DNA of 64,000 nucleotides from a virus. Its lineage: Duplodnaviria; Caudoviricetes. The DNA lies in the IMG/VR virus record IMGVR_UViG_3300002220_000288, positions 1 through 64,000 of that record. One strand, written 5' to 3'. The notes under the pieces were generated by a model. It ran no database searches. It was not told the origin of the DNA and saw only the letters and a program-made list of their open reading frames with translations. Of the stretch, positions 1 through 8,608 are shown in pieces. The position numbers and the translations under genes are program-made. How positions within the stretch are numbered: the first letter of the stretch is position 1; every line of letters starts with the position of its first letter.

Positions 1-1
1 C

Positions 2-175
2 AAGCGCACCTGGGGCGAGATGTACTCGTTCTTTGATGTCATGGTTGGCTCTCCGGCTATCAGCGACGAGCTTCAGAAGCTGGCCGGGGTTATGCTTGCC
101 ATCATGAGCGGCGGCATCCATGACGACAGCGAAGCGGTCGAAGCACTTGAGGCCGTCGTGGGAGGGGATCAGTAA
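2..175 (+). CDS. Hypothetical protein, 5'-truncated by window edge
   Basis: Frame 2 is open from the edge to TAA at 173-175, overlapping the next ATG (TAATG coupling). Confidence 0.55.
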   Translation, partial: KRTWGEMYSFFDVMVGSPAISDELQKLAGVMLAIMSGGIHDDSEAVEALEAVVGGDQ

Positions 176-357
176 TGGAGGTATTGATTGGTGGTATTGT
201 AATCTTCTCGATGGTCGCTACCTACAAGATCAGAACTATTGGGGTGTCGAACATTGAGCGCAAGGCGGCGCGTTGGTTACTTGCCGATGCCCGTTCTTGG
301 GACGCAAAAGGCGAGACAAAGAAGGCGGCTCAAAAAGAGTTTGCCAAACTGGCATAA
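175..357 (+). CDS. Small hypothetical protein with N-terminal hydrophobic segment
   Basis: GGAGG upstream; TAATG coupling; hydrophobic VLIGGIVIFSMV. Confidence 0.6.
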   Translation: MEVLIGGIVIFSMVATYKIRTIGVSNIERKAARWLLADARSWDAKGETKKAAQKEFAKLA

Positions 358-366
358 AGGAGCAAC

Positions 367-1383
367 ATGATTTTCTCAGAACAAACAGACAAGCTAATGC
401 CTGCGGTTATCAAGGCATGGTCAGACATCAAGGCGGCGGTTAAAGACAGCGTTAACCCCCATCTCAAGAATCACTACGCGGACCTTGCATCGGTCATGGA
501 CGCGGTAAAGAAGCCGCTGGCCGATAACGACCTAGCGGTTCTCCAGCCAGTGAAGGACAACACCAGTTCCGATCCTGGCGCTACGGTCGAGACCTACATC
601 ATGCACTCGTCCGGGCAGTACATGATGAGCGAGTTCTCTATGTCGGCGGTTGACCGGAAGCCTCAGACAATCGGCGCGACTATTACCTACCTTCGTCGCT
701 ATGCCCTTGGCTCCATGCTTGGGCTTGTTGCGGAAGAGGACGACGACGGCAACTCCGGGAGCGGTGTGAGCGCGGATCGTGTTCAGCGCAACTACCAGTC
801 ACGCCAGGCGGCAGCACCCGTTAAACAGGCGGAACCTGCCGTTCAACAGGCCAAGCCGTCTAACGATACGGAACTAGCCCGAGACCTTCGGAACAAGCTA
901 ATCGAACTGACCGGAACTGACATTTCTTCAGTAAAGCAGTTCTTTAGCGGGATCTGGCCGAACGGCTCCCCCAAGGACTCCTCTGCATACATCAAGCCCC
1001 TGCAAGACCTTATCGCCTACGTCAGCGGCGGCGAGAAGCAGAAGGAGTTCTTTAAGACTGACCCGGCAAGTGCTGGCAAGCGATGGGCGGAAGCCAACAG
1101 CATGAACAGCAATGAGCCTGTAACAGACACGGCTACCACCCAAGAGATGAGTATCGGCGAACTGGCAGACGCTGCGGCCAAGAAGCACAACATCGGGACA
1201 GGCGTACTTCTCTTAAAGACCCTGGACAAGCTTTTCAAGGCCGTGCCTGACTACACAGACGAAGCGACCACCAAGGCTTTCCTGCTTGCCTACACGGATA
1301 ACGCTGAGGTGTTCGAGGAAGCCAAGGCCAACGCCAGCGCCGGGTTCTCCCTCAAAGAGATGATGGAGTCTCGGGCGGCTTAA
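367..1383 (+). CDS. erf: ERF-family single-strand annealing protein
   Basis: KDSVNPHLKNHYADLASV and PQTIGATITYLRRYALGSMLGLVAEEDDDG, the ERF signature; AAGGAG RBS. Confidence 0.9.
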   Translation: MIFSEQTDKLMPAVIKAWSDIKAAVKDSVNPHLKNHYADLASVMDAVKKPLADNDLAVLQPVKDNTSSDPGATVETYIMHSSGQYMMSEFSMSAVDRKPQTIGATITYLRRYALGSMLGLVAEEDDDGNSGSGVSADRVQRNYQSRQAAAPVKQAEPAVQQAKPSNDTELARDLRNKLIELTGTDISSVKQFFSGIWPNGSPKDSSAYIKPLQDLIAYVSGGEKQKEFFKTDPASAGKRWAEANSMNSNEPVTDTATTQEMSIGELADAAAKKHNIGTGVLLLKTLDKLFKAVPDYTDEATTKAFLLAYTDNAEVFEEAKANASAGFSLKEMMESRAA

Positions 1384-1385
1384 CT

Positions 1386-1946
1386 ATGATCTCTTTCGAC
1401 AAAGAGAGTCACACCTACAAGGTCGGGGGGCTGCTCAAGCCCTCCGTAACCCAGGTGCTAGACATCATGGGTTACGTTAGCCCGTTCTGTAAATCGGACA
1501 CTGCCGCCAACCGAGGCTCCGAGATCCACTTGGCACTAGAGGACTTCGATAAAGGCTTGCTAGTAACCGATGGATTAGACGAAGGCATGGCAAAGTGTAT
1601 TAACCAGTACAAGAACTATCTCAAGGACGTTCAGCCTACTTTCACTGATATCGAGTGCTTGCTTTACGATGAAGTGCTGGATGTTTGCGGAACTGTCGAT
1701 AGGGCCGGAATCGAACCTGAGTTCATCATGGACATAAAAACCGGAACCATCCCGGAGTCAGCACGCCTGCAAACAGCGGCTTACGCTATGATGAGATTTC
1801 CGCTAACGTATGAGACAGTAAAGCGATACTGCCTTAACATCAACCCCAAGCTGAAGAATTACAAGATAAAGGGATACGAAGACCCCTACGACTTCGTGGA
1901 ATGGGAGAACACATGCAAGACGTTTTGGAAAAGAGCGAGGTATTAG
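1386..1946 (+). CDS. PD-(D/E)XK exonuclease (Cas4/RecB-like), likely partner of ERF
   Basis: PSVTQVL, RGSEIH, CGTVDR, MDIKTG, QTAAY motifs. Confidence 0.8.
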   Translation: MISFDKESHTYKVGGLLKPSVTQVLDIMGYVSPFCKSDTAANRGSEIHLALEDFDKGLLVTDGLDEGMAKCINQYKNYLKDVQPTFTDIECLLYDEVLDVCGTVDRAGIEPEFIMDIKTGTIPESARLQTAAYAMMRFPLTYETVKRYCLNINPKLKNYKIKGYEDPYDFVEWENTCKTFWKRARY

Positions 1947-2566
1947 TTCCTGAGATTGCTATGCCTGACATCGGCCAGGAACTTCAAGAGGTCGAGACAA
2001 TCGCCTGCCTGGACCTTGCTGTTGATAGCGAGTCAACTCATGATATGGCGGTTTCCATCATCAAGAAGGCGGACGACTACATCAAGCGAGTGGACGACAA
2101 GTTCTCCTCTATCAAAGAACCTCTCAACAGTGCCGTCAAGTCTCTCAACTCGCTAATCAAGGAACTGAAGGAACCTGCGGAGATTACCAAGTCTAATCTC
2201 CGCAAACGGTGCCTTGAATGGCGGGTGGCCGAAGAGAAGCGGCTCAAGGAAGAGCGCGATCGACTCATTGAAGAAGCGCGTAAGGCCAAGGCGGAATGGA
2301 CGCCGCTCGACGACACGCCGGAGCCTGAGATGCCCGTGTTTACGAAGACCGTCAGTAAGTCGGGAGCTGGCACACGCAAGAGTCCATTCAAGGCGCGGAT
2401 CACTAACCTCGACGAACTCTGGGCGGCTGCTGTCAAGGACCCGCGCTATCGGGAATACTTTATCCCGGACCAGAAGGCGCTCGACGCCAAGGCCCGTAGC
2501 ATGGGCGCAATGATGTCGATCCCCGGTGTTGAAGCATATCAGGAACAGAATTTAGTGATCCGATGA
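1913..2566 (+). CDS. Coiled-coil hypothetical protein of the recombination module
   Basis: Long helical ORF ending IPGVEAYQE, a C-terminus common in phage recombination clusters; start uncertain (1901 or 1913). Confidence 0.6.
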   Translation: MQDVLEKSEVLVPEIAMPDIGQELQEVETIACLDLAVDSESTHDMAVSIIKKADDYIKRVDDKFSSIKEPLNSAVKSLNSLIKELKEPAEITKSNLRKRCLEWRVAEEKRLKEERDRLIEEARKAKAEWTPLDDTPEPEMPVFTKTVSKSGAGTRKSPFKARITNLDELWAAAVKDPRYREYFIPDQKALDAKARSMGAMMSIPGVEAYQEQNLVIR

Positions 2567-2769
2567 AGATAAACCAAATACCCCTTCCGCTACATCTATT
2601 CCTAAACATTGCGCGAACCGTCCCAGATACAGAACTGGACATATCCAAAGAACTAATACTAGCGTTCTGCCTCGGCATGGATTACGGAAGAAATTTCAGC
2701 GACTCGCCCAGCTACTTCAGAGAGATCGCAGAAAAGCTGGCTAAAGAGGGAATAGAAGAAACACAATGA
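2563..2769 (+). CDS. Hypothetical protein
   Basis: ATGA-coupled on both sides. Confidence 0.6.
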   Translation: MKINQIPLPLHLFLNIARTVPDTELDISKELILAFCLGMDYGRNFSDSPSYFREIAEKLAKEGIEETQ

Positions 2770-5615
2770 AACTACGCCAATACCAGAGAGAAGACTTGGT
2801 TAAGTGCCAGATGGATATCATGGCTGGCCGAAATAGAAACCTGATCGTTTGGGCCACTGGCTTAGGCAAGACTGTCCTCATGGCTCATATCGTCGGCAGG
2901 CTCCGCAAGAAGCGTGCCTTGATTATCGTCAACAGAGAGGAACTGGTATGGCAGACAGTTGATAAAGTGAGGGCGTCCTACCCGGAGCTAACCGTAAGCG
3001 TGGAGAAAGCGGAGCATCGCTCAACTCCCGAGTCTGAAGTCGTCGTGGCTAGTATTCAGACAATCGGATCAACGCGGGAAGAGACGGACGGGACGCCTAT
3101 TTTTAGCGAAAGGCTCAAGTCAATAGACCCGGATACGTTCGACATAATCATGGTTGATGAGTGTTTCGTCGCCGGGACACTGATCGACGGCAGGCCGATT
3201 GAGTTAATCAGGCCGGGTGATCTTGTTAGTTCATTCAACCACGAAGCCAAAACGGAAGAACTACGCCCAGTCGTTAGGCTGTTCAAGAGTAAGCCTTCAT
3301 CTCTAATGACAATAAGCCTGTCCAATGGGCAAAAGATCACATGCACCGAAGAACATCCCTTTTTTGTCAACGGCGAATATGTTCCTGCCAATCGCATCGC
3401 GTACAATGATATACTTACTCTATGCGACAGCAAGGAAGAGGAGAACCGTGAAGCCAAAGAACTGCTCAGTCTGCGAGAAGACGTACATGCCAAGATCATG
3501 GAACAAAAATATGGTTCCATACTGCGGAGAGGACTGCAAGAAGGTAGCGAGGGAGGCCCGAAGGAAAAGAGTCTACATGAACTGCCAACACTGCAACAAA
3601 GAAGTGGAGTTGTCAGGGAAGGGTCTGTTGAAGCAAAAAAACGCGGTATTCACTTGTTCGAAAGAGTGCGACAAGGCGGTTCATTATCTTCGCCACAAGA
3701 AAGGCGGGGAATACCTAGCGGAATACAACCGGAAGTATGCTTCAGAGAGAATGAAGAAACAGAATCCCATGCACAAAAAAGAAATCAGGGATCTCGTCTC
3801 AAAGAAGCTTACAGAAATGGGGCACAAGCCGAGAATCCAAGGCGGGAACGGTCACGGGTTAACAGCAGCAGAAGAGAAGATCCTTCACGGATTGGCCACA
3901 TGTACGACACTAAAACTATCGCCTCAGTATCCATACAGAACAATGACCGGACGTTCAAGTGGATACCCGACCCACTACAAGATCGACGTGGCTATTCCAG
4001 AACTAATGATAGCAATCGAAGTGGACGGGAATTCTCATTGTGCGATATCAAGGCAAATTCAAGACAGAAAGAAACAGGATTTCCTAGAACAGCGAGGGTG
4101 GTCGGTATTGAGATTCACGAACAAACAAGTGATGGGACATTTGGAGGAATGTGTCCAGGTGGTTTTGTCTACAATTTCGAGGTTGAAGGAAACAACAACT
4201 ACTACGCCAACGGAGTACTAGTACACAACTGCCACAGAGCTAGTTCTGACACGTTCAGAAACGCCTTGAAATACTTCAAAGTTTACCTTAGCGATGAGCG
4301 GTATAACGATGAATCTAAGATACTTTTCGGACTGACCGCAACGCCGAATCGCTCCGACAACAAAGGGCTTAACGAGTTCTTTAACAGAATAACCGCCAGC
4401 CGAGACATTCGATGGGGCATCCAAAACAAGTATCTGACCGACATCGAGGCGTACCGAGTAGAGACAAGGGTTGATATCTCTGACGTTAAGATAACTGCCG
4501 GAGACTTCAATCACAGGCAGCTTGAGAAGAAGATCAACACTCCGGCCCGGAACGAACTGGTAGTAAGCAAGTATATCGAGATTACGGGCGGAAACAAGAA
4601 AGCACTATTCTTCACACTCGACATCCAGCACGCAGAGGATTTAGCAACAGAGCTAAATAACCAAGGTGTAAAAGCAATGGCTGTTTCCTCAAGGACAAAA
4701 GCAGAAACGAGGAAAGAGATATTCCAGATGCACAAAAGCGGCGAGATACTAGCCCTTACCGGGGCCAACATATTCCTCGAAGGCTATGATGATCCGACAA
4801 TAGAAGTAGGCTGTATGGTTCGCCCTTTCCGCTCCGGCCTTATCTATCGTCAGGCCGTTGGGAGAGTGCTTCGCCCTTGCCCTGCCCCGGAGACGCTGAA
4901 CGCAATGCGGGAAGCCGGGAAAGAACCTGACTGGATTAAAGACACGGCCATCATCATCGACTTCGTTGACGTTTCCTCCCGGCACAACCTGATATCTGTT
5001 CCAACCCTGTTTGGCCTTAATCCAAAGATAGACACCAAAGGCAAGAGGCTGGAAGAGTTCACGAAGGACTTGGAAAACCTAGTCGATAAGCTGCCGGATA
5101 AGATCAAAAAGAAAACCAACCTTGAAGAGATCGAAGACCCGACTACTTTGACCGGGATTATCGAGAAAGTCGATCTAGTATCCATCCCTGAGACGCCCCA
5201 GGAAGTAGGGAAGTGCTCTGATATGTCGTGGATAAAGAAAGACGACACATACATCCTCAATATGCCGACCAGAACCATGACTGTCAGGCCGAACTCGATG
5301 GGGATGTACGACGTTAAGATAAACATGAATGGGGTCAGTTCTTTCGCAGGGGTTGGCAGTACGCTAGAAGAGGCTATCAGCAAGGCGGAAAAGCGGCTGA
5401 CCTCGGAAGAGAAGAAAGCTGGCAGTAGTAGCGCGGCCTGGAGAGGGAACCCTGTATCCGACAAGCAGATCGCCTTACTTGCCAAGATAGATAGAAGTGG
5501 CGTAGCGAAGATGAATGGCGATATAAATAAATACAAGGCTGTTCTTCGCCACTCCATGAACGCTGGACAGGCTCAAGCCTTGATATCTTCATTACTGGCT
5601 AAAAAGAGGATTTGA
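2766..5615 (+). CDS. SF2 DExH helicase (ResIII/UvsW-like) precursor containing an intein
   Basis: LRQYQ Q-motif, ATGLGKT Walker A, DE/CH motif II split by the intein, LTATP motif III, EGYD motif V, QAVGRVLR motif VI. Confidence 0.92.
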   Translation: MKLRQYQREDLVKCQMDIMAGRNRNLIVWATGLGKTVLMAHIVGRLRKKRALIIVNREELVWQTVDKVRASYPELTVSVEKAEHRSTPESEVVVASIQTIGSTREETDGTPIFSERLKSIDPDTFDIIMVDECFVAGTLIDGRPIELIRPGDLVSSFNHEAKTEELRPVVRLFKSKPSSLMTISLSNGQKITCTEEHPFFVNGEYVPANRIAYNDILTLCDSKEEENREAKELLSLREDVHAKIMEQKYGSILRRGLQEGSEGGPKEKSLHELPTLQQRSGVVREGSVEAKKRGIHLFERVRQGGSLSSPQERRGIPSGIQPEVCFRENEETESHAQKRNQGSRLKEAYRNGAQAENPRRERSRVNSSRREDPSRIGHMYDTKTIASVSIQNNDRTFKWIPDPLQDRRGYSRTNDSNRSGREFSLCDIKANSRQKETGFPRTARVVGIEIHEQTSDGTFGGMCPGGFVYNFEVEGNNNYYANGVLVHNCHRASSDTFRNALKYFKVYLSDERYNDESKILFGLTATPNRSDNKGLNEFFNRITASRDIRWGIQNKYLTDIEAYRVETRVDISDVKITAGDFNHRQLEKKINTPARNELVVSKYIEITGGNKKALFFTLDIQHAEDLATELNNQGVKAMAVSSRTKAETRKEIFQMHKSGEILALTGANIFLEGYDDPTIEVGCMVRPFRSGLIYRQAVGRVLRPCPAPETLNAMREAGKEPDWIKDTAIIIDFVDVSSRHNLISVPTLFGLNPKIDTKGKRLEEFTKDLENLVDKLPDKIKKKTNLEEIEDPTTLTGIIEKVDLVSIPETPQEVGKCSDMSWIKKDDTYILNMPTRTMTVRPNSMGMYDVKINMNGVSSFAGVGSTLEEAISKAEKRLTSEEKKAGSSSAAWRGNPVSDKQIALLAKIDRSGVAKMNGDINKYKAVLRHSMNAGQAQALISSLLAKKRI
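3162..4229 (+). mobile_element. Intein (356 aa) inserted within the DECH motif of the helicase
   Basis: Block A CFVAGT, block B TEEHPF, block F VYNFEVEGNNNYYANG, block G VLVHN followed by Cys+1; splicing restores MVDE-CHRA. Confidence 0.93.
3448..4221 (+). CDS. Zn-finger + Vsr/DUF559-like PD-(D/E)XK endonuclease (putative homing endonuclease) nested in the +1 frame of the intein
   Basis: CSVC..YCGEDC and CQHC..CSKEC fingers; YKIDVAIPELMIAIEVDGNSH..DRKKQDFLEQRGWSVLRFTN; GTG at 3448 preceded by AAGGAAGAGGAG (frame open from 3325). Confidence 0.85.
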   Translation: MKPKNCSVCEKTYMPRSWNKNMVPYCGEDCKKVAREARRKRVYMNCQHCNKEVELSGKGLLKQKNAVFTCSKECDKAVHYLRHKKGGEYLAEYNRKYASERMKKQNPMHKKEIRDLVSKKLTEMGHKPRIQGGNGHGLTAAEEKILHGLATCTTLKLSPQYPYRTMTGRSSGYPTHYKIDVAIPELMIAIEVDGNSHCAISRQIQDRKKQDFLEQRGWSVLRFTNKQVMGHLEECVQVVLSTISRLKETTTTTPTEY

Positions 5616-5815
5616 ACATGATTTGCAGGGATTGTAACGAGGAGTTCCAACTGACGCCGGGGAAGCCGGGTTTTATCAATCAATGCGAAGAGTGCGCCAC
5701 GGATACACCGCTATACCGGGCAGAGCAGGGGAATGAGGATTCAGGAGTTGTTGAGACGATGACAAAGGGCAAACGGCTAAAGAGCGTGAGCGGACTGTTC
5801 GGAGGTGGAGAATGA
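5612..5815 (+). CDS. Small Zn-ribbon protein
   Basis: CRDC..CEEC. Confidence 0.55.
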   Translation: MNMICRDCNEEFQLTPGKPGFINQCEECATDTPLYRAEQGNEDSGVVETMTKGKRLKSVSGLFGGGE

Positions 5816-5976
5816 TTGCGTTAATGCTTACTGGCGTTGCTGTATCTGCTGTGCTTGGGTGGTGCTTTGGGCGGCTCTACGAGAAGAATCTCTGGCTCTA
5901 CCACTACAGGGTCACGCTAGAGGACGGTAAGGCAATTCAGTGGGACTTCAAGAACAAGAAGTTCGTCGATCTCTGA
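5812..5976 (+). CDS. Small membrane protein (54 aa, not in ORF track)
   Basis: GGAGGTGGAG RBS, ATGA coupling, MIALMLTGVAVSAVLGWCFG hydrophobic N-terminus. Confidence 0.55.
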   Translation: MIALMLTGVAVSAVLGWCFGRLYEKNLWLYHYRVTLEDGKAIQWDFKNKKFVDL

Positions 5977-5977
5977 C

Positions 5978-6006
5978 TTGACTTAAACACCAAGAAGGAA
6001 TAAACT
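5978..6006 (+). promoter_or_regulatory. Sigma70-type promoter for the tRNA cluster
   Basis: TTGACT-17 nt-TAAACT, 12 nt upstream of the first tRNA. Confidence 0.7.
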
Positions 6007-6018
6007 TATCTTTCACAC

Positions 6019-6095
6019 GGTCCCATAGCTCAATCGGTAGTAGCGTCCGACTCATAATCGGCTGGTTCCAGGTTCGAGTCCTGGTGGGACCACCA
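6019..6095 (+). tRNA. tRNA with CAT anticodon, most likely Ile2 (lysidine); Met not excluded
   Basis: Acceptor GGTCCCA/TGGGACC, anticodon arm CCGA-CTCATAA-TCGG, T-loop TTCGAGT, encoded ACCA. Confidence 0.88.
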
Positions 6096-6101
6096 GTTCA
6101 A

Positions 6102-6189
6102 GCAGGGTGACCCGATACTGGCCTCCTAAGCCAGCGGCTTAAAACAATTCGGAAGGAGCCGAGAGGTTCAATTCCTCCACCCTGCTCCA
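6102..6189 (+). tRNA. Non-canonical tRNA-like RNA, anticodon CCT (Arg), no D-arm, 27-nt variable arm
   Basis: Acceptor GCAGGGT/ACCCTGC; anticodon arm CTGGC-CTCCTAA-GCCAG; T-arm GAGG-TTCAATT-CCTC; CCA end; only 9 nt between acceptor and anticodon stems. Confidence 0.65.
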
Positions 6190-6196
6190 CCAAAAT

Positions 6197-6270
6197 TGGC
6201 GGATAGTTCAACGGTAGAACACGGGACTTTGACTCCCGGTATGGAGGTTCGATTCCTCCTCCGCCAGCCA
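6197..6270 (+). tRNA. tRNA-Gln(TTG)
   Basis: Acceptor TGGCGGA/TCCGCCA, D-arm GTTC/GAAC, anticodon arm CGGGA-CTTTGAC-TCCCG, T-arm, GCCA end. Confidence 0.93.
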
Positions 6271-6289
6271 ACTAACAAAGGAGAATGAA

Positions 6290-6571
6290 ATGAAGATCAC
6301 CGGGGAAGTCATTTTCAGGGAAATCACAGAAGAACACCCAGGTTCAATCAAAGGTCAATTCACTGGCAGGGTTACCTACGTCGAAAGAAGCGGAAAGCTG
6401 AAGATCAAGATTAGCAAGTCAGACTTTCTTCACTTGATGCTTGGTTCGGATAGCGAACTGTCAGATCGTTTCTTTGAAGAGATCGGCGCTCACGGATTCA
6501 ACCAGAACAGTATCGAGATCGAAGAGGAAGATTTCGACCTTGAAGTGGTCAGCGAAAGAGAGGCGAATTAA
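6290..6571 (+). CDS. Hypothetical protein
   Basis: AAGGAG RBS, co-oriented ORF. Confidence 0.65.
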   Translation: MKITGEVIFREITEEHPGSIKGQFTGRVTYVERSGKLKIKISKSDFLHLMLGSDSELSDRFFEEIGAHGFNQNSIEIEEEDFDLEVVSEREAN

Positions 6572-6799
6572 ATGGCAAAGGTAGAGATTGAGAGCAGTTA
6601 CGACATCTTCGATCAGCATGGCGTAAAGGCGGCAGTCGTATCTAGTGACGAAGACGGGCTTGGGATGGTTTGCCTTCGGTTCGACAAGGGACCTGGAAAT
6701 ACTATCACTATTGAAGTAGCTGAGGCCCTAGCAAGATGTATTGAAATGAAGATTGCGGACATAAGAAAGGGGAAGCAGGGTGAGACTAAAGCTCGATGA
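6572..6799 (+). CDS. Hypothetical protein
   Basis: Abuts previous stop; GAGG RBS. Confidence 0.6.
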   Translation: MAKVEIESSYDIFDQHGVKAAVVSSDEDGLGMVCLRFDKGPGNTITIEVAEALARCIEMKIADIRKGKQGETKAR

Positions 6800-6871
6800 G
6801 TACCAGTTAGCTATCAATGAAGCGATCCATATTGAGGGCCGAGCCGCCGAGCTGCGGAAGGGGGAGGGGGA

Positions 6872-7492
6872 GTGATGACCAATCAAGATCACCTGTGGGG
6901 CGTCCTTGACGACCTCACGGAACTATTCCGCGAAAACGGTTGGCCGACACCGGAGAAGGGCTACAAGCTCGACGGCGGATGGCCAATGGCGCTGGCGGAT
7001 CTCAAAAAATACATCGGGCACGACCAACTGTCCGTGGATCAGGTGATGGCCGAGCGCGATGCGATATCAAAGCGGCTAGAACAAGCACTATTGGCCGGAT
7101 CTGGACTTCGCGCCGAGCGCGACGCCCTGGCGTCGCAGAACGCGCGGCTCCGGGCTGAGTTAGAGACGTTCGCTAATAACAGTTTGGTAGGGGCTATCGG
7201 TCGTGAGGACTACGGTATACTTCACGACGAAATTGTTGATTGGTTCAGTGCAAGTGATTTTCTGAGGGCTGCGGAGGTGTTAAATCTCACCCCGCGCGCC
7301 GCGCTGGAGGAGTTGCGGCGGCGGGAGCGGTCCATCGGTGCGGAGGAGGAGTTTCGAAGTCTAGCTCAGGGAATGGATAAGCACACACGATGCACAGAAA
7401 CAGGGACGCATCGTGTGTCTATGGATTGCCTTGCCATGCGCCGCTATGCCGACGCAATCCGCGACTCGCGGGAGAAGGGAGGCGCGGAGTGA
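6872..7492 (+). CDS. Hypothetical protein (coiled-coil, Ead/Ea22-like style)
   Basis: Strong RBS; AERDAL..ENARLRAELE-type heptads. Confidence 0.6.
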   Translation: MMTNQDHLWGVLDDLTELFRENGWPTPEKGYKLDGGWPMALADLKKYIGHDQLSVDQVMAERDAISKRLEQALLAGSGLRAERDALASQNARLRAELETFANNSLVGAIGREDYGILHDEIVDWFSASDFLRAAEVLNLTPRAALEELRRRERSIGAEEEFRSLAQGMDKHTRCTETGTHRVSMDCLAMRRYADAIRDSREKGGAE

Positions 7493-7677
7493 ACATCAAG
7501 AAGGGTGATTGGGTGCAGCCCAAGAAGGAGCCGTCCGTTCAGGGTCGGGTGATGCGTCTGCACTTTTACCGCGCATACAAGGCTCAAGACGCGCTCATCG
7601 GACACGGACGGAAGTGGTGCATGTGGGCAGACGTCCACGACTTGCGCGTCATCCGCCGGGGAGGCCGCCATGCGTGA
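7489..7677 (+). CDS. Small SH3-like hypothetical protein
   Basis: GTG start after GGGAGG, GTGA coupling; IKKGDWV..GRV pattern. Confidence 0.5.
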   Translation: MNIKKGDWVQPKKEPSVQGRVMRLHFYRAYKAQDALIGHGRKWCMWADVHDLRVIRRGGRHA

Positions 7678-7876
7678 CCCGCGCAAGGACCCGAGGCCGG
7701 GGGATGTGGTGGACATCATGCAGGGATGGCGTCGATGGGTTCGCCAAGTGTCCGAACGTGGCGTTATTTTTGACGCTGTAAACGAGGACGGAAACTTTAA
7801 GGACTGTTTCGTGACTTTAGAGCAGTGGAAAAACGCCTGCCGAACTCCAGAATGCGAGGTGGTGAATGTCGCATAA
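7670..7876 (+). CDS. Hypothetical protein (RDPRKDPRPGDV type)
   Basis: GGAGG RBS, overlap coupling. Confidence 0.6.
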   Translation: MRDPRKDPRPGDVVDIMQGWRRWVRQVSERGVIFDAVNEDGNFKDCFVTLEQWKNACRTPECEVVNVA

Positions 7877-8231
7877 TGACCACGCGGCGCGGTTGCGGAA
7901 GATGGCTAGGGATGCAGGGGAGGGTTTTGATGATGATGTATTCCTCCCAGCAGGGTATGCTTCTAAGATCAAGAGCGCCCTCCTCGCCGGAGCCGAGGCA
8001 CTGGAGCGGGTAAAGGCACTGGAACAAGAACTGGCCGAGGCGCGTAAGGATTCAGAACGGCTAACGTATATGATCGAGCAATCTAACATTGGCAACGGAT
8101 GGCTACAGGATCACGTTTGGGACAAGGCGGCGAAGCTGTGTCCGATGAATTGGGAAGAAGCCGACGACATTCAGAAGTGGGTACGGGCGTCGATTGACAA
8201 GTCGGTAGAGGAGGCATCATGCTCAAGATAA
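7866..8231 (+). CDS. Hypothetical protein
   Basis: GAGGTGG RBS; coupled chain. Confidence 0.6.
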   Translation: MSHNDHAARLRKMARDAGEGFDDDVFLPAGYASKIKSALLAGAEALERVKALEQELAEARKDSERLTYMIEQSNIGNGWLQDHVWDKAAKLCPMNWEEADDIQKWVRASIDKSVEEASCSR

Positions 8232-8608
8232 TTGATAAAGTTCGCTGGGAAGCGGCCAAAGCGATCTTCTCTGCTTCGTTTGGCAATGCCGGAGGGGAGT
8301 TCTTGCCTAGCGACCTAGCTTGCCGATGTGCTAAAGAGTTGGTTAATTCGGCAATTGACTTAGGCTGGCTGATAGAAGACAACAACACACCTGAAGACAA
8401 GCTCAAAATAGCGATTGAGGCTCTGGAGAAAATCGCCAGCAAGAAAACCTACACTCGCCCAGTAGAGGCTTGGTATAAAGACGGGAATCAGCTATGCTTA
8501 TCATGCTGCCAGCTAATCGAAGACCATGACGAGTCATGCCAGCTTGATATTGCAGCGAAGGCTCTCAAGGAGATCGCCGGGGATGACAATGAAATACCCA
8601 AGAACTAA
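8219..8608 (+). CDS. Hypothetical protein with Cys/His cluster
   Basis: GAGGAGG RBS; CLSCC..H..C. Confidence 0.6.
   Translation: MLKIIDKVRWEAAKAIFSASFGNAGGEFLPSDLACRCAKELVNSAIDLGWLIEDNNTPEDKLKIAIEALEKIASKKTYTRPVEAWYKDGNQLCLSCCQLIEDHDESCQLDIAAKALKEIAGDDNEIPKN

Noticed and set aside
3325-3447. ATG at 3325 as start of the nested endonuclease
   Set aside because: No RBS, and it overlaps intein block B; GTG at 3448 has a purine-rich SD and begins just before the first zinc finger.
3162-4229. Sequencing frameshifts as the cause of the out-of-frame endonuclease
   Set aside because: It would need two compensating errors plus a stop-free alternative frame of over 200 codons, and motifs of both proteins overlap at the 3' end.
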